Shown piece by piece: positions 36,047-49,935 of a DNA stretch of 64,000 bases. Position 1 is the first letter of the stretch. Every line of letters starts with the position of its first letter. Origin of the DNA: Lepidodermella squamata (taxonomy: Eukaryota; Animalia; Gastrotricha); contig JBLDXI010000015.1 in assembly GCA_047495785.1 (NCBI GenBank), forward strand, positions 1,116,001 to 1,180,000. The letters run 5' to 3'. The translations under genes were made by a program, and so were the position numbers. Under the pieces are notes generated by a model. It worked only from the letters and a program-made list of their open reading frames with translations, was not told where the DNA came from and searched no databases.

Positions 36047-36534
36047 GCAGTCACAACTGAGCTTCTTGCAGTGGCATACACATCTTAAATGATATTGTAT
36101 GGCAGCTTAACCTACTTTCTAATGCAGTTGTTTTTTCCTCTTCAAATTATTGATCGTGTAATACACTTGCAAGCTTTTATTTATCCTCACTTTCAGTAAT
36201 TGTTCTCTGGCTCTGAACTCCGAGGGCCTAATAAAGCATCCTTCATTATTCGTTCCAATAAGTTTGCATAATTGTACCTCTTTGTTAGTTCCAAGAATCT
36301 GGAATCGACACTGGAAGAAATCACCCTCTTTTCAGGTGCAGTGTTCAGCTTTCTCCCATCATCGATTCACATTTTTCTCTATCCGCGTAAAAAGAGGTAA
36401 TAGAAAAACTGGGCGAAGAAAAGACTCGCAGCAACACCTTCAATTGCTGCATGTTTGCAATTGTTATCGACTGAAGACTGAATATATGGAAAAGTATCCG
36501 AAATAATGTGCTGCTCAAATTTCCGATCAACTTC

Positions 36535-37079
36535 CTAAAAACTAAAGGAATAACGACGAATAACGACGTTTGAGCTTGTATTGATCTCCTCGCCAGGTTC
36601 GTATTTCGTGAGCTTCATTTTGTCAACCTCAAAACCGATTTTTCGCCGTCGACCCGCATTTTCCCAGCCGGGGTAATCATGCGCCTTTGGCCAACTGTTT
36701 TTAAATCTTCTGCAAGCCAAGAATGACATGAGAGCGAGGCAACGCCATAGCATTATAGCAATGGGAATAAACGCTGTAAACGACGGCCGGCTTCCGAAAG
36801 CCTTCGGAACATTGCCGAGGCGCCATCAGTAGCAAGAGCTATCCAGTGCTGGTTCAGGTAATGATCAGAAAATCCCTCAGCTATTGTCTCAGCCTTCATA
36901 TTTTCTAAATTCAACAATTCGAGCAGATACGTCATCGCTTCTCCTTGCTCGTCAATAACTTCGACAACCCGCAAGTAAACGGAACGGCAAGATTTGTTTG
37001 AAACCGACGTGCTTTCGTCAGCCTTAACAGATATATCCATAGACTCATAACAGATGTGCTTCTCTTGTTTTTGCCGCAT
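36535..37079 (-). mobile_element. Degenerate hAT (ZNF862/KIAA1586-like) transposase fragment
   Basis: ISVKADESTSVSNK, LLEL..KAETI and IALATDGASAM motifs; broken frames. Confidence 0.7.
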
Positions 37080-38745
37080 ACCGTTAGTGGGGATATTTTG
37101 GACAAAATAACGGTCTTCAGCTACAGAAAATCAGGAAAAATTATCCAAATGTAAACGTTCAGGACACGAGGGGTTTCAGGACCCATATCTGTGAAAAACC
37201 TGATCATATTCCCTTGTTACCTTGACTTTATAAAATGGTGCGTGGTTGGTCTATGTTTGAACACATAATGGGTAAATTTGGACATTGGCATATTCATAAT
37301 CGTCAAGATGCTTGCGGGACATAAGCTTTTCCTGAAATTTTGAAAAAATGCGCCAAGAATGTACGTAAAATGACGTCATCCAAACTCGATTCAAATTTTT
37401 TACCGCTAATTTTAGCTCAACGTATTTATCGTGTCCTAAATTGCCCCGCGTGGGGCCTAGTCTTTGAGATCACCTTTAAAAAATTCCCAACGCCATATGT
37501 CCCATTTTTTACAAGCTCATGGTGTGAACTACTTCTGGCTTCTGGTAAATATTTCAGAGCAATAGGGTTTCAGGTTGACCGGGAATAAGGGTGTCCCAAA
37601 TCGACGTTTTGAGACATCCCACCTTTTTATTTATTATAATGACAAGCGACAAGTAACTTTCAGAATACCTTTTATTTGTTACCCTAGGAATACCCTTGGA
37701 ATATCCTTGGAATTCAAGGCACCTCGAGGTTGTAAATGCAATTTTTTAACCTCACTGATAGAGCACACTTCACACTTACGCGTAGAAGTGGTTTTTTCCA
37801 AATTTAGCCATTCCAAAATTAACCAGCGTTATGGTAATTGAATCAATGTGACATATATTACTTCCTTCGAATAAATTTTGGCATCATGGGAAGATCATGG
37901 GATCGTTAATATGGCAAACGGCTCTGGCTACTCTTTGGCTCTACCCTCCAGCCGACTTAACTTCGTCCTTCAACTCGTGAACGTTTTTGATCAGGTCGAA
38001 TCAAGCCCAGTTGAGCCCTAGAAGAAAAGTTGTGAACCGAGGAGAAAATCTGGATAAAGTAGGCCGAGATGTGATTGATAAATAATGCACATGTGTGTGG
38101 GAACGCGTCAGCCTCTAGCAAACCTTGACATTGCTAATCAATTAGTAAGGTAAAATTGCCCAAGCCTATGGCAGCCTTTGCAGCCAATCATCTTGCAAAC
38201 TACTAGTTCTTAAACGGCTTTTTCTCAGTGCGAAAAGTGACAAGTGAAATGTACATCTTGCATTCCATGAATTTGAATAATTTAAAAGAAATGTGCACTG
38301 CCAATTCTCCTCCCTGTGTATCTTAAGACTGAGAGTTGTAAAATCGTGATCACTCCTTCAAAAATGTGATCTTATGTCAGTGCAATTTCTCTTAATTGCT
38401 ACATCGCCAACGCAAGTCAAATAATAGCAAAAATTCGCCGGTCAAGGCATGCCGGCGGCCGCCAAACTTGTCAATGGCAAAACGGGCAACAATATGCATG
38501 TAAGATGGCATGCTGTAAATGTCGTGCCTGCCATAAGATGCATCTTTTATCTCCATACCAGCAATATAGTGGCATATTATTGCTTGGAGCTATACGTCTC
38601 GAACGCACGAGAAATGCGCGCTTTTTTCGCAGGAATTCGAAGACTCTATAAAACGCCCTCCATGATACGACTGTCAGTGAAGATTCTTCAACCATTGTAC
38701 ACATTTTTCGTTTTTCGTTACCACAGGAGATTGCGAAACACGTGA

Positions 38746-41234
38746 ATGCAGCTGCAAAGTTTACTTATTATAGGTAACTCTTCGCTACAACATTCGATTA
38801 TAAAAGGTTTTGAACAAATTACTAATTCAGGTGCTCTCAGCGCAGGATCCCTGGCATGTGGCCCAGAACAGCAGAAGCAGAAAAGTCTGGTGAGAGTAAA
38901 AATGTATTCCTTAAAAATCCGATTTCAATAAAAATCATATTTTGCAGCTCAATTGCTTCAACGGCGGAACTTACATGTCGGACACAGGATCTTGCTCGTG
39001 CCCACCTGGATATCAAGGATCACGATGCGAGAAATGTAAATTCTATGCAGTTTAATAACATTTTTGCTTAAAGCCTGATTGTCAAGTTGCCTGCCCTAAC
39101 TGTAAAAACGGAGCTCAGTGCAGCGGCCCAAATCAGTGCCAGTGTGCAAACGGGTGGACTGGAACAAACTGCGAGGCTTGTAAGGTCGATTTCATGCAAT
39201 TGCTGATGACTAAGAGTGTATTTATTCAGTTTCTTGCGCCGCTGCTCCATGCCTTAACGGCGGTACCTGTACTGGAGCCAATACCTGCAACTGCCCTGCT
39301 GCCTGGACCGGCCCTTCTTGCACGAAATGTGAGATATCACATGAAAAACCTATTTTATGGTTGCTACTATTCTTTCCTCAGCTGCCTGTTCGAACAACCC
39401 GTGCTTGAATGGTGGAACTTGTACAGGTCCCAGCATATGCACCTGTACGACGGCTTTCAAGGGTCCAACATGCGGTAATCACGAAGAAAGCCAAGTTAAA
39501 TTTCAATTAAGATTTTTCCTTTCAGCTACATGTGAGTTTCAGTTGGAAATCTACCACCAAGATCGTCGTGCTCAGATCGTCGATTTTATATTCGGATGAC
39601 TAAAACTCTTTGTTCATTTTCTTAGCTACGGCCTCGAAGCCCGACGATCCAAGATGGGTGGCGTTTAAGCAACAGTTCCCAGATGCTAGCATCGACACTG
39701 AGGCGAAAGACGATGAAGCCGAAGCAGCTCTCCTACAGGAATTAGGCGAAATCGACGAATGGAATAAGGACACGGATAATCCTGACGTGAAGTATGGCTT
39801 GAATAAATTCAGCGCCAAGACCGACGAGTGGAAGCAGCAGAATCTACTTGGAAGCATTGATGAAGATATAGTGAACCCAGCGCCCTCAAATGAGGCTAGG
39901 CGAAGGCGTAAGCGCGAGGTCACCTATAAATTCTTTCGGAGTGGTGGTGCCGGCGGAAAGAAGACTCTATGCTGTATTGAAGCGGATGGCGGGATTGAGA
40001 CAAGACGGACTTGCGTTGATGACGATGGCAATGTTGATACAGCGAAATTAGAACGCGACCTGTACACAACTCGCCCGCATAACTCGTTCCCGCCCGTTGA
40101 TACAAATTACGGAAACGCGCCATCTCTGCCACTTTTGGAGCCTGCAGACGCTTTTCCAGGTAGTCGGAGATCTCATTTTAAAAGTCTCCTATATACAGGG
40201 CGTTCGCGTAATAATACTCTGGGTGAGCTAAAAATAGCTACAAGAAAGCTAAAATGCATGCACAAAGTAGCGAAGCTAATTCTAGAAGAACATTATTACG
40301 CGAACGCCCTGTATAACAGTCTTAATTTTCAGCCGCTATTTTCGTAGGAAAATATAGCGGGACGAATAAGGTCACGTGATAGTATTGTTTTGAGGGGCTT
40401 CCATTTCTTCATTTAGTAGTGCTTTCGATTTTCGGAAGCTCTATGCCGACAATTTCAGACAATTTTCAATTTATCAAACATCAAATTCGCACATTTACCC
40501 AATTTACCCGATCTATACAGTTGCCTTCCAATTTTACAGGTGCCGTTGTCGACTGGAGGCTGAAAGGCTACATGACGCCTGTCAAATATCAGGACCAATG
40601 CAGCTCTTGCTACGCATTCGCGTCGACTGCGGTCATCGAGTCTCGTCTGGCCTTGAAAAATAAAGCCAGTCCTATTTCCATGTCCGAACAGCAAATTGTG
40701 GACTGCGCGAGGGGCAGAACTGGAGCAAAAGGTTGCAGCGGCGGAAATTTGGTGGGTGTCGTAAATTACTACATGGAGGCTAATGCATTTGCTAAGTCAG
40801 AGGATTACCCGTATACGATGACAGAAGGCGCGTGTGGTTTCAATGCCGGTAAAGGCGTCACATTGGCGCTAACTGGAGTCTCAAGCATTCTAACCGACGA
40901 TGAGCTAACGAATTATAACAGCATTTTGACATCCAGCACGGTGAAAAAAATGACAGACCTCCTGCAGTACGGCCCATTTATTGTCGGTATTTATGCTGAT
41001 TCGAGATTCATGGCCTACAGCGAGGGCGTTTACGACCCGAAAAACTGCCGGACAAAGAGTAACCACGTCGTAGCCCTTGTTGGATATGGCGTGGAACCAA
41101 CCACTGGCGAGGAGTATTGGATTTGCCGCAACTCCTATGGCACGTCTTGGGGCATTAAGGGCTATTTCAAGATTCGCAAAGGCCTAAATAGATGCGGCAT
41201 TGAAGGCAAAATGCTTTGGCCATACTTCAAGTGA
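38746..41234 (+). CDS. EGF-I29-papain (C1A) protease copy 2 (apparently intact)
   Basis: Same exon structure as copy 1 without the exonic MITE. VDWR, QCSSCYAF, SEQQIVDC, NHVV, RNSYG. Confidence 0.8.
40196..40311. mobile_element. Tc1/mariner-type MITE (116 bp) in an intron
   Basis: 20-bp TIR cagggcgttcgcgtaataat with TA TSD. Absent from the same intron of copy 1. Confidence 0.85.
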
Positions 41235-42336
41235 GCAATGCCTATAGAAGGTCAAGAATATTTTGAGACGGCAGAACTTGTGGCATACATAGCCACGAGT
41301 CGTAACAGAGCAGTGGAAGTTCACATCTCAATGATATCGTATTGAAGCATTTTCTGGTTTTTTCTAATTATAATCCTTGTTATTCACTATCATTGCAAGC
41401 CTTCTGTTACCCTCAATTTTAGTGATAGTGATACTTCTGATTCTGAACTCAATAAACAACAAGAAACGTGACTTAAGGTATGAACAAGTTTTCCTAGCAC
41501 ATAGCTTGAAAATATTTGAAACGTGTAGCCGCGCAAAATTGTAGCAACCTGATGAAAGAAGAAATTCTGCGTGCGAGTTAAGCGGCACTGAGTTGATTAA
41601 GAATCGTCTAAACACTGCCGCTGATTAATTATTGGCGTCGATTTACTGACAATTTTAAACCTCCGCTATTGCCATCGGTTAAAAAGGGCTGATACTCAGC
41701 GGTATGAGGCCCCATTTGGCTACTTTTTCAACTCATTTATCTAACGCTTTTCATAATCAAAGGTACAAAAGCTGTTCAAAGTCTTGGAGCTACAGAGAGT
41801 AGACGGAGGATCAGAAATCAGAACCTGTTGAAGGTAAGAGAAAAAAATAGACCCACTGTTTACGTTCAGCTCAGCATGCCAAAGACTCAAAACCGGAAAT
41901 TCACCGAGATACGCCGATTTCCTCCGCTATAATAACAATAGCAACGGTGGGCCACTTGCTGGCTTTAATCATATAGAGCTCAGCTTTATTACGCATCACC
42001 GGGCGAAACGATCAAAAAATCATACGAACGCAATGCATCTTTTACGCATGATAATGCAAAATCAATAAGGCTACATTTTTTACCATACATTTATTGCATT
42101 TGACCTCACCACCTTGTACAGCTGGTAAATTATAATATCATTTGTTTGCTCTTGTAAATTTGCCATTGAAATGTAATAAACGTTCTTGAATAGGCGCTTT
42201 TCATAGCACCGAGCACCGAGCTTATGTTTGAGCCAACATAAAAAGCTTGATAATTTTGAACCACAGAAAGTCAAAACAAACCATTTAACTGTAAGGTCAA
42301 CTTAAGATCGCCGGACTTCATAGTTGAAGCCAAATT

Positions 42337-43857
42337 ATGGCCGAAAATAGTACTGTGGAAGAAGTTGTTTGCGATTTGGAGGGCAAGCCACCTGATCTTG
42401 CTTGGGAAGTCTGGTGCGATTGGAAAAGTCAAGTTGCGACATTTGGAGAGATTCTGATCTCTCGATATGGCTCTCAATGCGAATCTCTGCTATCAAACAG
42501 TGGATACGAAGCTGCTTGGAGTTGTATGAACGATAAATTCCTCAATTGGCCATCATTTTACATATACGTGCCTTTCTCCATCATATTGGTCCTCCTTGGA
42601 TTCATCCTCAACGGGCTGTCAATATGGCTGGTCTCAAAAATTGAAGAATTTTTACCTGTGAGCGCCTTTCATTTTTAACAAATTTTTTCAAATTTTTGCA
42701 AATTTCAAAGCGCCATGTATTTTTGATCAACATGTCAGTTTCCGATGCGGCTCTCAGCCTTATGATGGTCATCAAACGCTGGGGCGAGTATTGGGATACT
42801 GACAAATTGACAGCCTATAGCAACGTCTTTTGGCAGACTTTATGGCTAACCTCAGCTCTGAGCATCTTATTGCTATCCCTGGACTGTTTCCTATCCTTGC
42901 GATTCGTTTTTCAATACACGAAACCAGCTTCATTGAGAGCTGCTAAATTCGTTGTCGGCTTCATGTGGATTGCAGCCGTGGCGTCCTCAGTCATTATCTT
43001 TGCGTTGGATATTTCATTTTCGAGACATGTTATGTATGCTATGGGTGGCTTGATCCTCATAGTCTTCCTTATTGTTCTAGCTCAATTGATGTACGCTTTC
43101 TGTCTAACAGAAAGGGTCAGGTTAGCTCTTTGGTGATTATGTTGAAAATTCCCAAGTCATTTCTCATTCCAGGAGAGGGGTAATGTCTCGAGAGAATGCG
43201 AGGTTGTTTTTTTCATTCAATTATCAAAATTAAGATTAATATCAGTTTGATTTAAGGTTGAGCCGTTTCAAGTCACTGTCGACAATTTCTTTGCTACTGT
43301 TGGCCACTTTGATCTGCTGGGCTCCGCTGACGTCTTATTTCTTTCTCGTTGAGCTGTACTATGTTTATGGCTGGGAGACGGATCCTGAATTCGTACAAAA
43401 TATGTAATTTCGGAATTTTCTTCATTAGAATCACATCAGTTGGAAAGCTGGGAAAGACTTAGAATTTCAAACTAACCTTCCTCCATGTCATCTATTTAAC
43501 AAATTATTTAGATATTCCTCCGATTTTATACCCTTTTTAGAGTGGCTTGGGGTGTGCTTTTTGAGAAAGTTAGTAATTTTTTATGCCCCAGTCACGGCGA
43601 GAATAAGGCAATGATCGATCTTTCTTTCGTTATTTCATAGGTTGGTTGTTTGTATGCTGTGCTTCCACCTCAACGCGATAGTGGACCCGGTGGTCTATTC
43701 GCTTCGGTACAACGATGTGCGAACGCAATTACGGCGACAAGTCGGTCGAAATAAATTCCTGAAGCCACTAGGCTGCCTCTTTACCGAGGAGAGAACTTCA
43801 AGTGATGGAGCGAGTCACGCCTTCAGCAAAAACGGTCCATCAGTTAATGGAGTGTGA
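42337..43857 (+). CDS. Class A GPCR G2 (5 exons)
   Basis: NMSVSDA, SLDCF, CWAP, DPVVYSLR; GT-AG introns. Confidence 0.85.
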
Positions 43858-44608
43858 AAGCTAACTCTTACCAACAAAATTTGAAAAAAACGGTGCATTG
43901 TTTCTTGTAGCAAGATAATAACCCTGAATGATTACTACTGAATAAATCTAAAAGATTTCAATGAGCTCGAATCTTAAAGCGAAGTTTCCCATCGATTGGC
44001 TTGATAGCAAACAGGTAAATTAGCTTCTTCTGAACGTGGTTTTTCGCGAGGATCATATATATGCATCGAGCAAAATACAAATGCAGCTGTGGCAAAACTT
44101 CTCAAATTTAGTTACTCATTAAGTAGAGCAGATTCCACTAGAGGTATCCGGCGCTGAAAAAAAGCTATTATTTTCTGTATCGATTGAGTAAACACTTCGA
44201 ATTAAGCCTGCATATTTATATGCGATGTGCAAAGTACGCGGAAAATCCACATCATTCTTGTGTGTATTGAAAAACTAGCCAGAAGCGTGCTGGCCAGCGG
44301 TAAATGTAATCGAAACCAAACAAACCCAAGCCTTCTCGCTCATTTCTGCAACCGTGTAGAAAAAACCATCCCGAATACATCCTGCTCGTTTATCACCCCC
44401 ACTTTTGTAGAAGAGATTTGTTATCTGGCGATGCAGACTATCAATTTGAATGCATCCGCTTTAGGCCTTTTACTACTTACTCCCTGAGCGATTGACGCGA
44501 CATAGAGCGATGGCCGAAGGATCAATAAGCCAGAGTATTTTTTATCGATTTTTATCAGCTGTTTTATGGCGCGAGTAAAAAATGCTCGCATTATCGCTTA
44601 AATTTACG

Positions 44609-46030
44609 ATGGAGGAGTCTGAAGAAAATGCGACAAGATGCATCAGCGATTTAGCATCAAATTCACATCTTCACGATTCGTTAAACGGCTGGGCATATTT
44701 ACTGGAACGAAATAACACCCCAGATCAATGCATCACCTATTTGGATGATTGTAATGTCACCGAGTTAGCTGCTTGCCTATTCAATCGAATCTATTGGTGG
44801 AAATTCTTCCTTTGGACAACTCCTCTGCCCTTCATTCTATGCCTTCTCGGTGCTATTCTAAACGGTTTCGCTATTATTTTTGTATCCAGGCTTCAAACAA
44901 AGCTACCGGTAAAATCAAGCAAATTTGTGGGAATATGTTTTCAATTTTCTCAATACATAGCGGCACGTGATATTGATGAGCATGTCACTCTCAGATCCGG
45001 TTTTAAGCTGTTCTGGATCTTCGATATTCGTCACAGATTATTACCCGGACAACAATTTGGCGTACCATCCGTTTTACGTGGTGGCAAATTTTTTAATGAT
45101 AGTAAGTTGCTGCCGCATCTTCTTTTGGGGTTATTTTGTTGTTTCTTGATTCTTGATAGACAACATGGCTTGTTTCTACAACTAGTTTACTGCTACTATC
45201 CTTAGATTGCTTCTGTGCAACTCATTATGTCCTTCAGTACAACAAATGGTCGTCACTTCAAGCAACACGAGCAGTGACATGCCTTCAATGGATTATTTTC
45301 TCAATTATTGCGGCAGTTATCGTTCACAATAGGTGGGACGAGTCTCCTATCCTTTACTACTGCCTTATCGGAATCTTACTAGTCATGCAAGCCTCATTAC
45401 TAGGTCTTTCACTAGATACTTTCAAAGTCGCTGAGAGGATAAGGTAATTCAACTGAATACGTGAATACGTGAATTTTCCTTGCAATTAATATTTTTCAGG
45501 CGTTTAAGACATGCTTCCTCCGTTCAAGATGACCTGTCTCGGCAGCAAAGTTACAAGGAAAGCCGGGTCAGGTCTTTTGTTACTATCGCAATTCTAATTG
45601 GCAGCGCTCATTTGTGTTTGCTTCCTTTGATTGTTGTCATATTCATCACTGAGGGCCAACTCATGTCCGATAATGTCCTCTACTTCTGGTAATACCTATT
45701 TTATCGCAAAGGAATATGTCTCTTATATTTCTAATTCATAGGTTGATGGCGATAATTTTGGGTATCCTTCAGTTGAAAGCCATTATCCACCCAATAGTGT
45801 ACACATTACGATTTCCAGACGTCAGAAGCCAACTTAGCAATGATTTAGCAAAATTTCATTGCCTTAAAGCAATTAGCAACTGCCTCGGACTGAGCGCAAG
45901 ACCAAATTTCGCCAGTCATACGATCGCTATCAGACAGCCTTCATCTGCTGGTTTACGAACTGTTGAAGATGTAGATGCGACCTCTGAGAAGGAGAAGATC
46001 CGTGAGGAAACTATTGCTTTCAAAGTATAA
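44609..46030 (+). CDS. Class A GPCR G3 (5 exons)
   Basis: MSLSDP, SLDCF, CLLP, HPIVYTLR. The start may be 44582. Confidence 0.8.
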
Positions 46031-46321
46031 ACGGAAAAGGTGAATAAAGCATTACTCGAGTGCGATGATAATTTTTTCTAAAACCTCTCAAAATCTTGAA
46101 TTGCTCGCGTAATCGAAATTCGTAGGCTTATCGTGAATCTGTGGCAATAATATCGGACCAATTTGTTATCTCAGTCGTGCGTACTTGAGCGCGTGGCATT
46201 TTCATCGCTTAAAAAATCAGTTCATTATTCATTATTCTCGAGAGGCTGTTTTCAATTTAGCGCGCACCGATTGGTTTATTTCCAGCTCGCCGATTTTGCA
46301 CATTCAATTTTTTTGCCCTAC

Positions 46322-47944
46322 ATGAAGCAAATGGAATCCATCGAGTGCCTGAGCGACTCAGGCCTTAACGCTGATCTTGCTTCATTTTTTAACGCATCGA
46401 ATCTTTACAAAGATTTCGAAACTCTGCCTATAAGTTGCCGTTCCTCTTTCGAGAATTGTTCGATTCCTCTCCTTCAAGCATGCCTCAGAGATCGATTTTA
46501 CTGGTGGAACATGTTTCTGACCTTGCTGCCGATCGGTCTTGTGCTGTCTTTGATTGGAATCGCCTTGAGCTTTACGGCGATTTGTCTGGTTGCTCGACTC
46601 CACACGAAACCGGTTAAATACTTGCTTTCAGCCTGTGATGATTTTGTAAATTTAAGCTCATTCCAGAGACACGTCATTCTCGTAAGCATGTCGCTGTCCG
46701 ATGCGATTCTTGGATGTTCTGGGCTATTTGTTCTGGCTACTTCTTACTATCCAGTGTTTTCAGATAGAGTTAAATGCTTCAACGACGCTGCATTCACAAT
46801 GATGACGGTAAATTGGCCATCCACCCGATAACCGAAGAAACGTTAAACCCAATTTGATAAGTTTGGCGTTGACTTAAGAGCACCGCATTTCATTGAGCGA
46901 AAACGTTTTTTTGAGAATTTTGAGACCTTTCCATCCGTAAGGCTAGACCCCAGTTTTGAATGCCCGTCTTATGTAGGCAAAACAATCCAGTATTTTGTAC
47001 TTTTTAATCAAGGTGAGTTGGATCCTTTCAACTTTGAGTCTGTTACTCCTTTCCATCGATTGCTTCTTCGCCACTCGCTTCGTGTTCCACTACGACCAAC
47101 CGAGCAGCGTAAGAACAGCTCGTCTTCTTGTGACTTCTCTGTGGATGACCGCTCTCGTCTTCGCTGTTGTCATGGTGGCTAACGGCATTGTGTATACCCT
47201 GCCCTTCTATTACATCTTGGTCGGGCTTCTGGTTGCCGTACAGCTAGCATTGATCGCTCTGTCAATCGATACGTTCCAGCTGACTGAGAAAATAAGGTTG
47301 GTTTAGAAGTGAACAACTAATGACCCTTGTTAGACCGATCTTGAATCTTCAGAAAACTTCGCCAAGCTTCGGTAAAAGAGGACGAGCGATCAGCACAGCA
47401 TTACAGGTATAAATTTCACTCAATTCTTCAACTTTTGGCATGTTCAAATTTCGTTTTAACTTCAAGAGAAAGTCGTGTAAGATCATTCATGACTTTGGCT
47501 ATCCTCATCGGAAGCTCTTACATATGCTGGATCCCTTTGATGATCGACTTGATCACTTTCACGCTGCACAAGATGGCTATGGGGAACTTCTACTGCTTTT
47601 GGTTAGTTTCCCGACGTTTTTAGCGCAATAACCGATTCTGATTGATATTGAATAGGGCTCTGAGCTTTGGCGTAGCTTTTTTCCAGACTAACGCGATCAT
47701 CAACCCTATCATCTACTCCCTTCGATATTCCGACGTCCGGGCAAAGCTGAACCAAACTTTGCTGCATAGCCGATGCCTGAAGCCGTTGGGCAAGATGTTG
47801 GAGAAGGACGTTTCAAACTCGACATCTTCGTCTCTCGTTGTGAAGTTAGATGCGCCGCATGTTCATTCGTTGTTGAATTCCTATGGCGAAGAGAAGAAGT
47901 CAGCCCACAATGCACTGCTTCTCGGTGAAAACATGGTCAATTAG
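46322..47944 (+). CDS. Class A GPCR G4 (6 exons)
   Basis: MSLSDA, SIDCF, CWIP, NPIIYSLR. Confidence 0.85.
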
Positions 47945-49644
47945 GAAATGCAGCCTATTACCTCGGCGCTCGACCCTACAATGTGAATATTTATCGACCA
48001 ATCAATAACTGAAGCAATGTCTATGATGTTATCCCGGCATATTTAAGAACTTCATGTTGAAATACAATCCTGTTTATATATGCTATTTCGGCAGTTCCAT
48101 AGTGGAACGATTTTTTCGCGATTATTTCACTTGAATTTACGCTTCTACGACTTTATTAGTTATCGTGCTAATATACCCCCATGAGTTATCGTTTTCTTTT
48201 AATTCGAGCCCTATCACTGATTATGTCTCGCATATTCTTTAAGTTTCCTTTATGGTTTATTAAGAAAAACTTTGAAAACTTGATGTACCTACTTCAAAAA
48301 GCAGCATTCCAGCTAGACTCCAGGTAATAAAAGCGTAACTTTTTTGTTCACAGTTCGCTTTTTGCTATCTTACTGACGAGAAAAGTCTATGTGAAACATG
48401 GCATTCAACAACAATAAGATACAAGCTAAAAACCAAAATATCAAGCGGAGACCAAGAAAGCCTTCTCTTTACAGGATAAAAGAATCTATCCCAGAAGCCG
48501 GACGGAGAACTTTGTTTTCTATGGATCTGAGGGATTAAGGTGTCATAAAACGTGTTTAATTCTTAGGTGGGCAACTAATTCCATACAATTTATTATTGTC
48601 GCATGTTTCAAGTCTTATTTTAGGTTTAGGATAAATTATTAAGACATTTGTCGTATGGAAAAAATACTTTTCACAACCGAAGTCCCAGATAACTGAGTTA
48701 TGTAGTAGTTGTAAGCATTTTCATTCACTCTAAACTTGATGGCACTATCATGGGAAGTGTACCCCAGGTAAAACCGAAATGTTAAGGCGACATCACCTGA
48801 CTTAACTTGACTTAACTTAATGGTCCCTGAGGGTGTCGTTGCGTTAAGCAGGGCACCCGGGAGACCATGACTTTGCCTATGCCGTCTCGAAAACAGCGCC
48901 GAGTGCGCCATGAGTGCCCGGCCGGTGCGACGCGCTGAAAGAGCACGGAAAGTGGGCCGGGAGCCTTCGTGCAGTGTATGCCTATTCAATCAGGATAGCA
49001 TACATCAGGGCGTTTTACTTTTCGGCTTTCTCAGTAAAGTGCGATGTCTGCGAGTAATGAACCCATGCTATGATTACCGATTACCAGGATCGGAAAATGT
49101 TCATCTAGTTACAGTGGCAAATTACTCGCTGAACATACCGCGGCGCTTCATTATCTGTTAGGCACTGGAAGAGTAGTAAGAATTCGCTCATTGCTTTCAG
49201 GAGTATGCGGCGTAGTAGTGCGAATAAGGCTGGGCGTGGAACTGTGTGAAAGAGGGTTCATAACCCACAGTCAACACTTTGTTACTGTTTCCACGAGCAT
49301 GCCCGGTCAACATCAAACAGAAATTATTCACAAAGAGCCGAAGAAAGGCGTAACTTTGATTTGTATGGAGTTGTTAGAGTCCTCTATTATCAACCCCTTT
49401 TTGTTCGGCATTGTTCGTAAATTGTTTTAAAGTACCCGAGCATTGTGACTTATCTCACTATTGTGCGAATTTTCTTCTCGTTACTTACGTGCAGTCACAT
49501 TTCGTTTTTAGCGACTGGCTCTAGCGCAGGCCCCAAAGGGACAATGTATGATGGATGGCGCTCAGGCGAATGAAGATTGTTTTAGAATTAGGGACTAAGT
49601 ACTATTGCTAAGTCTGTCCTATTTACAGGCTATACCGCTATACC

Positions 49645-49935
49645 CATTGTAGGCCGGGTTTACAGGGTCAAAGGACAACTCTAAAAATAGCGCGTGACGG
49701 TTAAAGATAGCACTGCTCTGTAACGTTATATGTGTAGCCTTATTTTTCAAATTTTTCAGATTTTTCAAACGATTTTAGAAATTCCACTATTAAAATAACC
49801 CAGCATTCTCAAGATACTTTTCAATAATCTGGAGAATCTGGAGAATTTGAAAAATTATTCTAACAACTAGCTGCATTATTTCAATAGCGTGAATCATGCT
49901 TTGGACTTTGACCTTACGAAACCCGGCCTACAATG
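49645..49935. mobile_element. MITE-like element
   Basis: TIR cattgtaggccgggttt..ggtcaaag / ctttgacc..aaacccggcctacaatg. No clear TSD. Confidence 0.6.

Noticed and set aside
37081-37835. Possible pogo-like element (ccgttagtgggg...cgttatgg, TA flanks)
   Set aside because: TIR match too degenerate to call.
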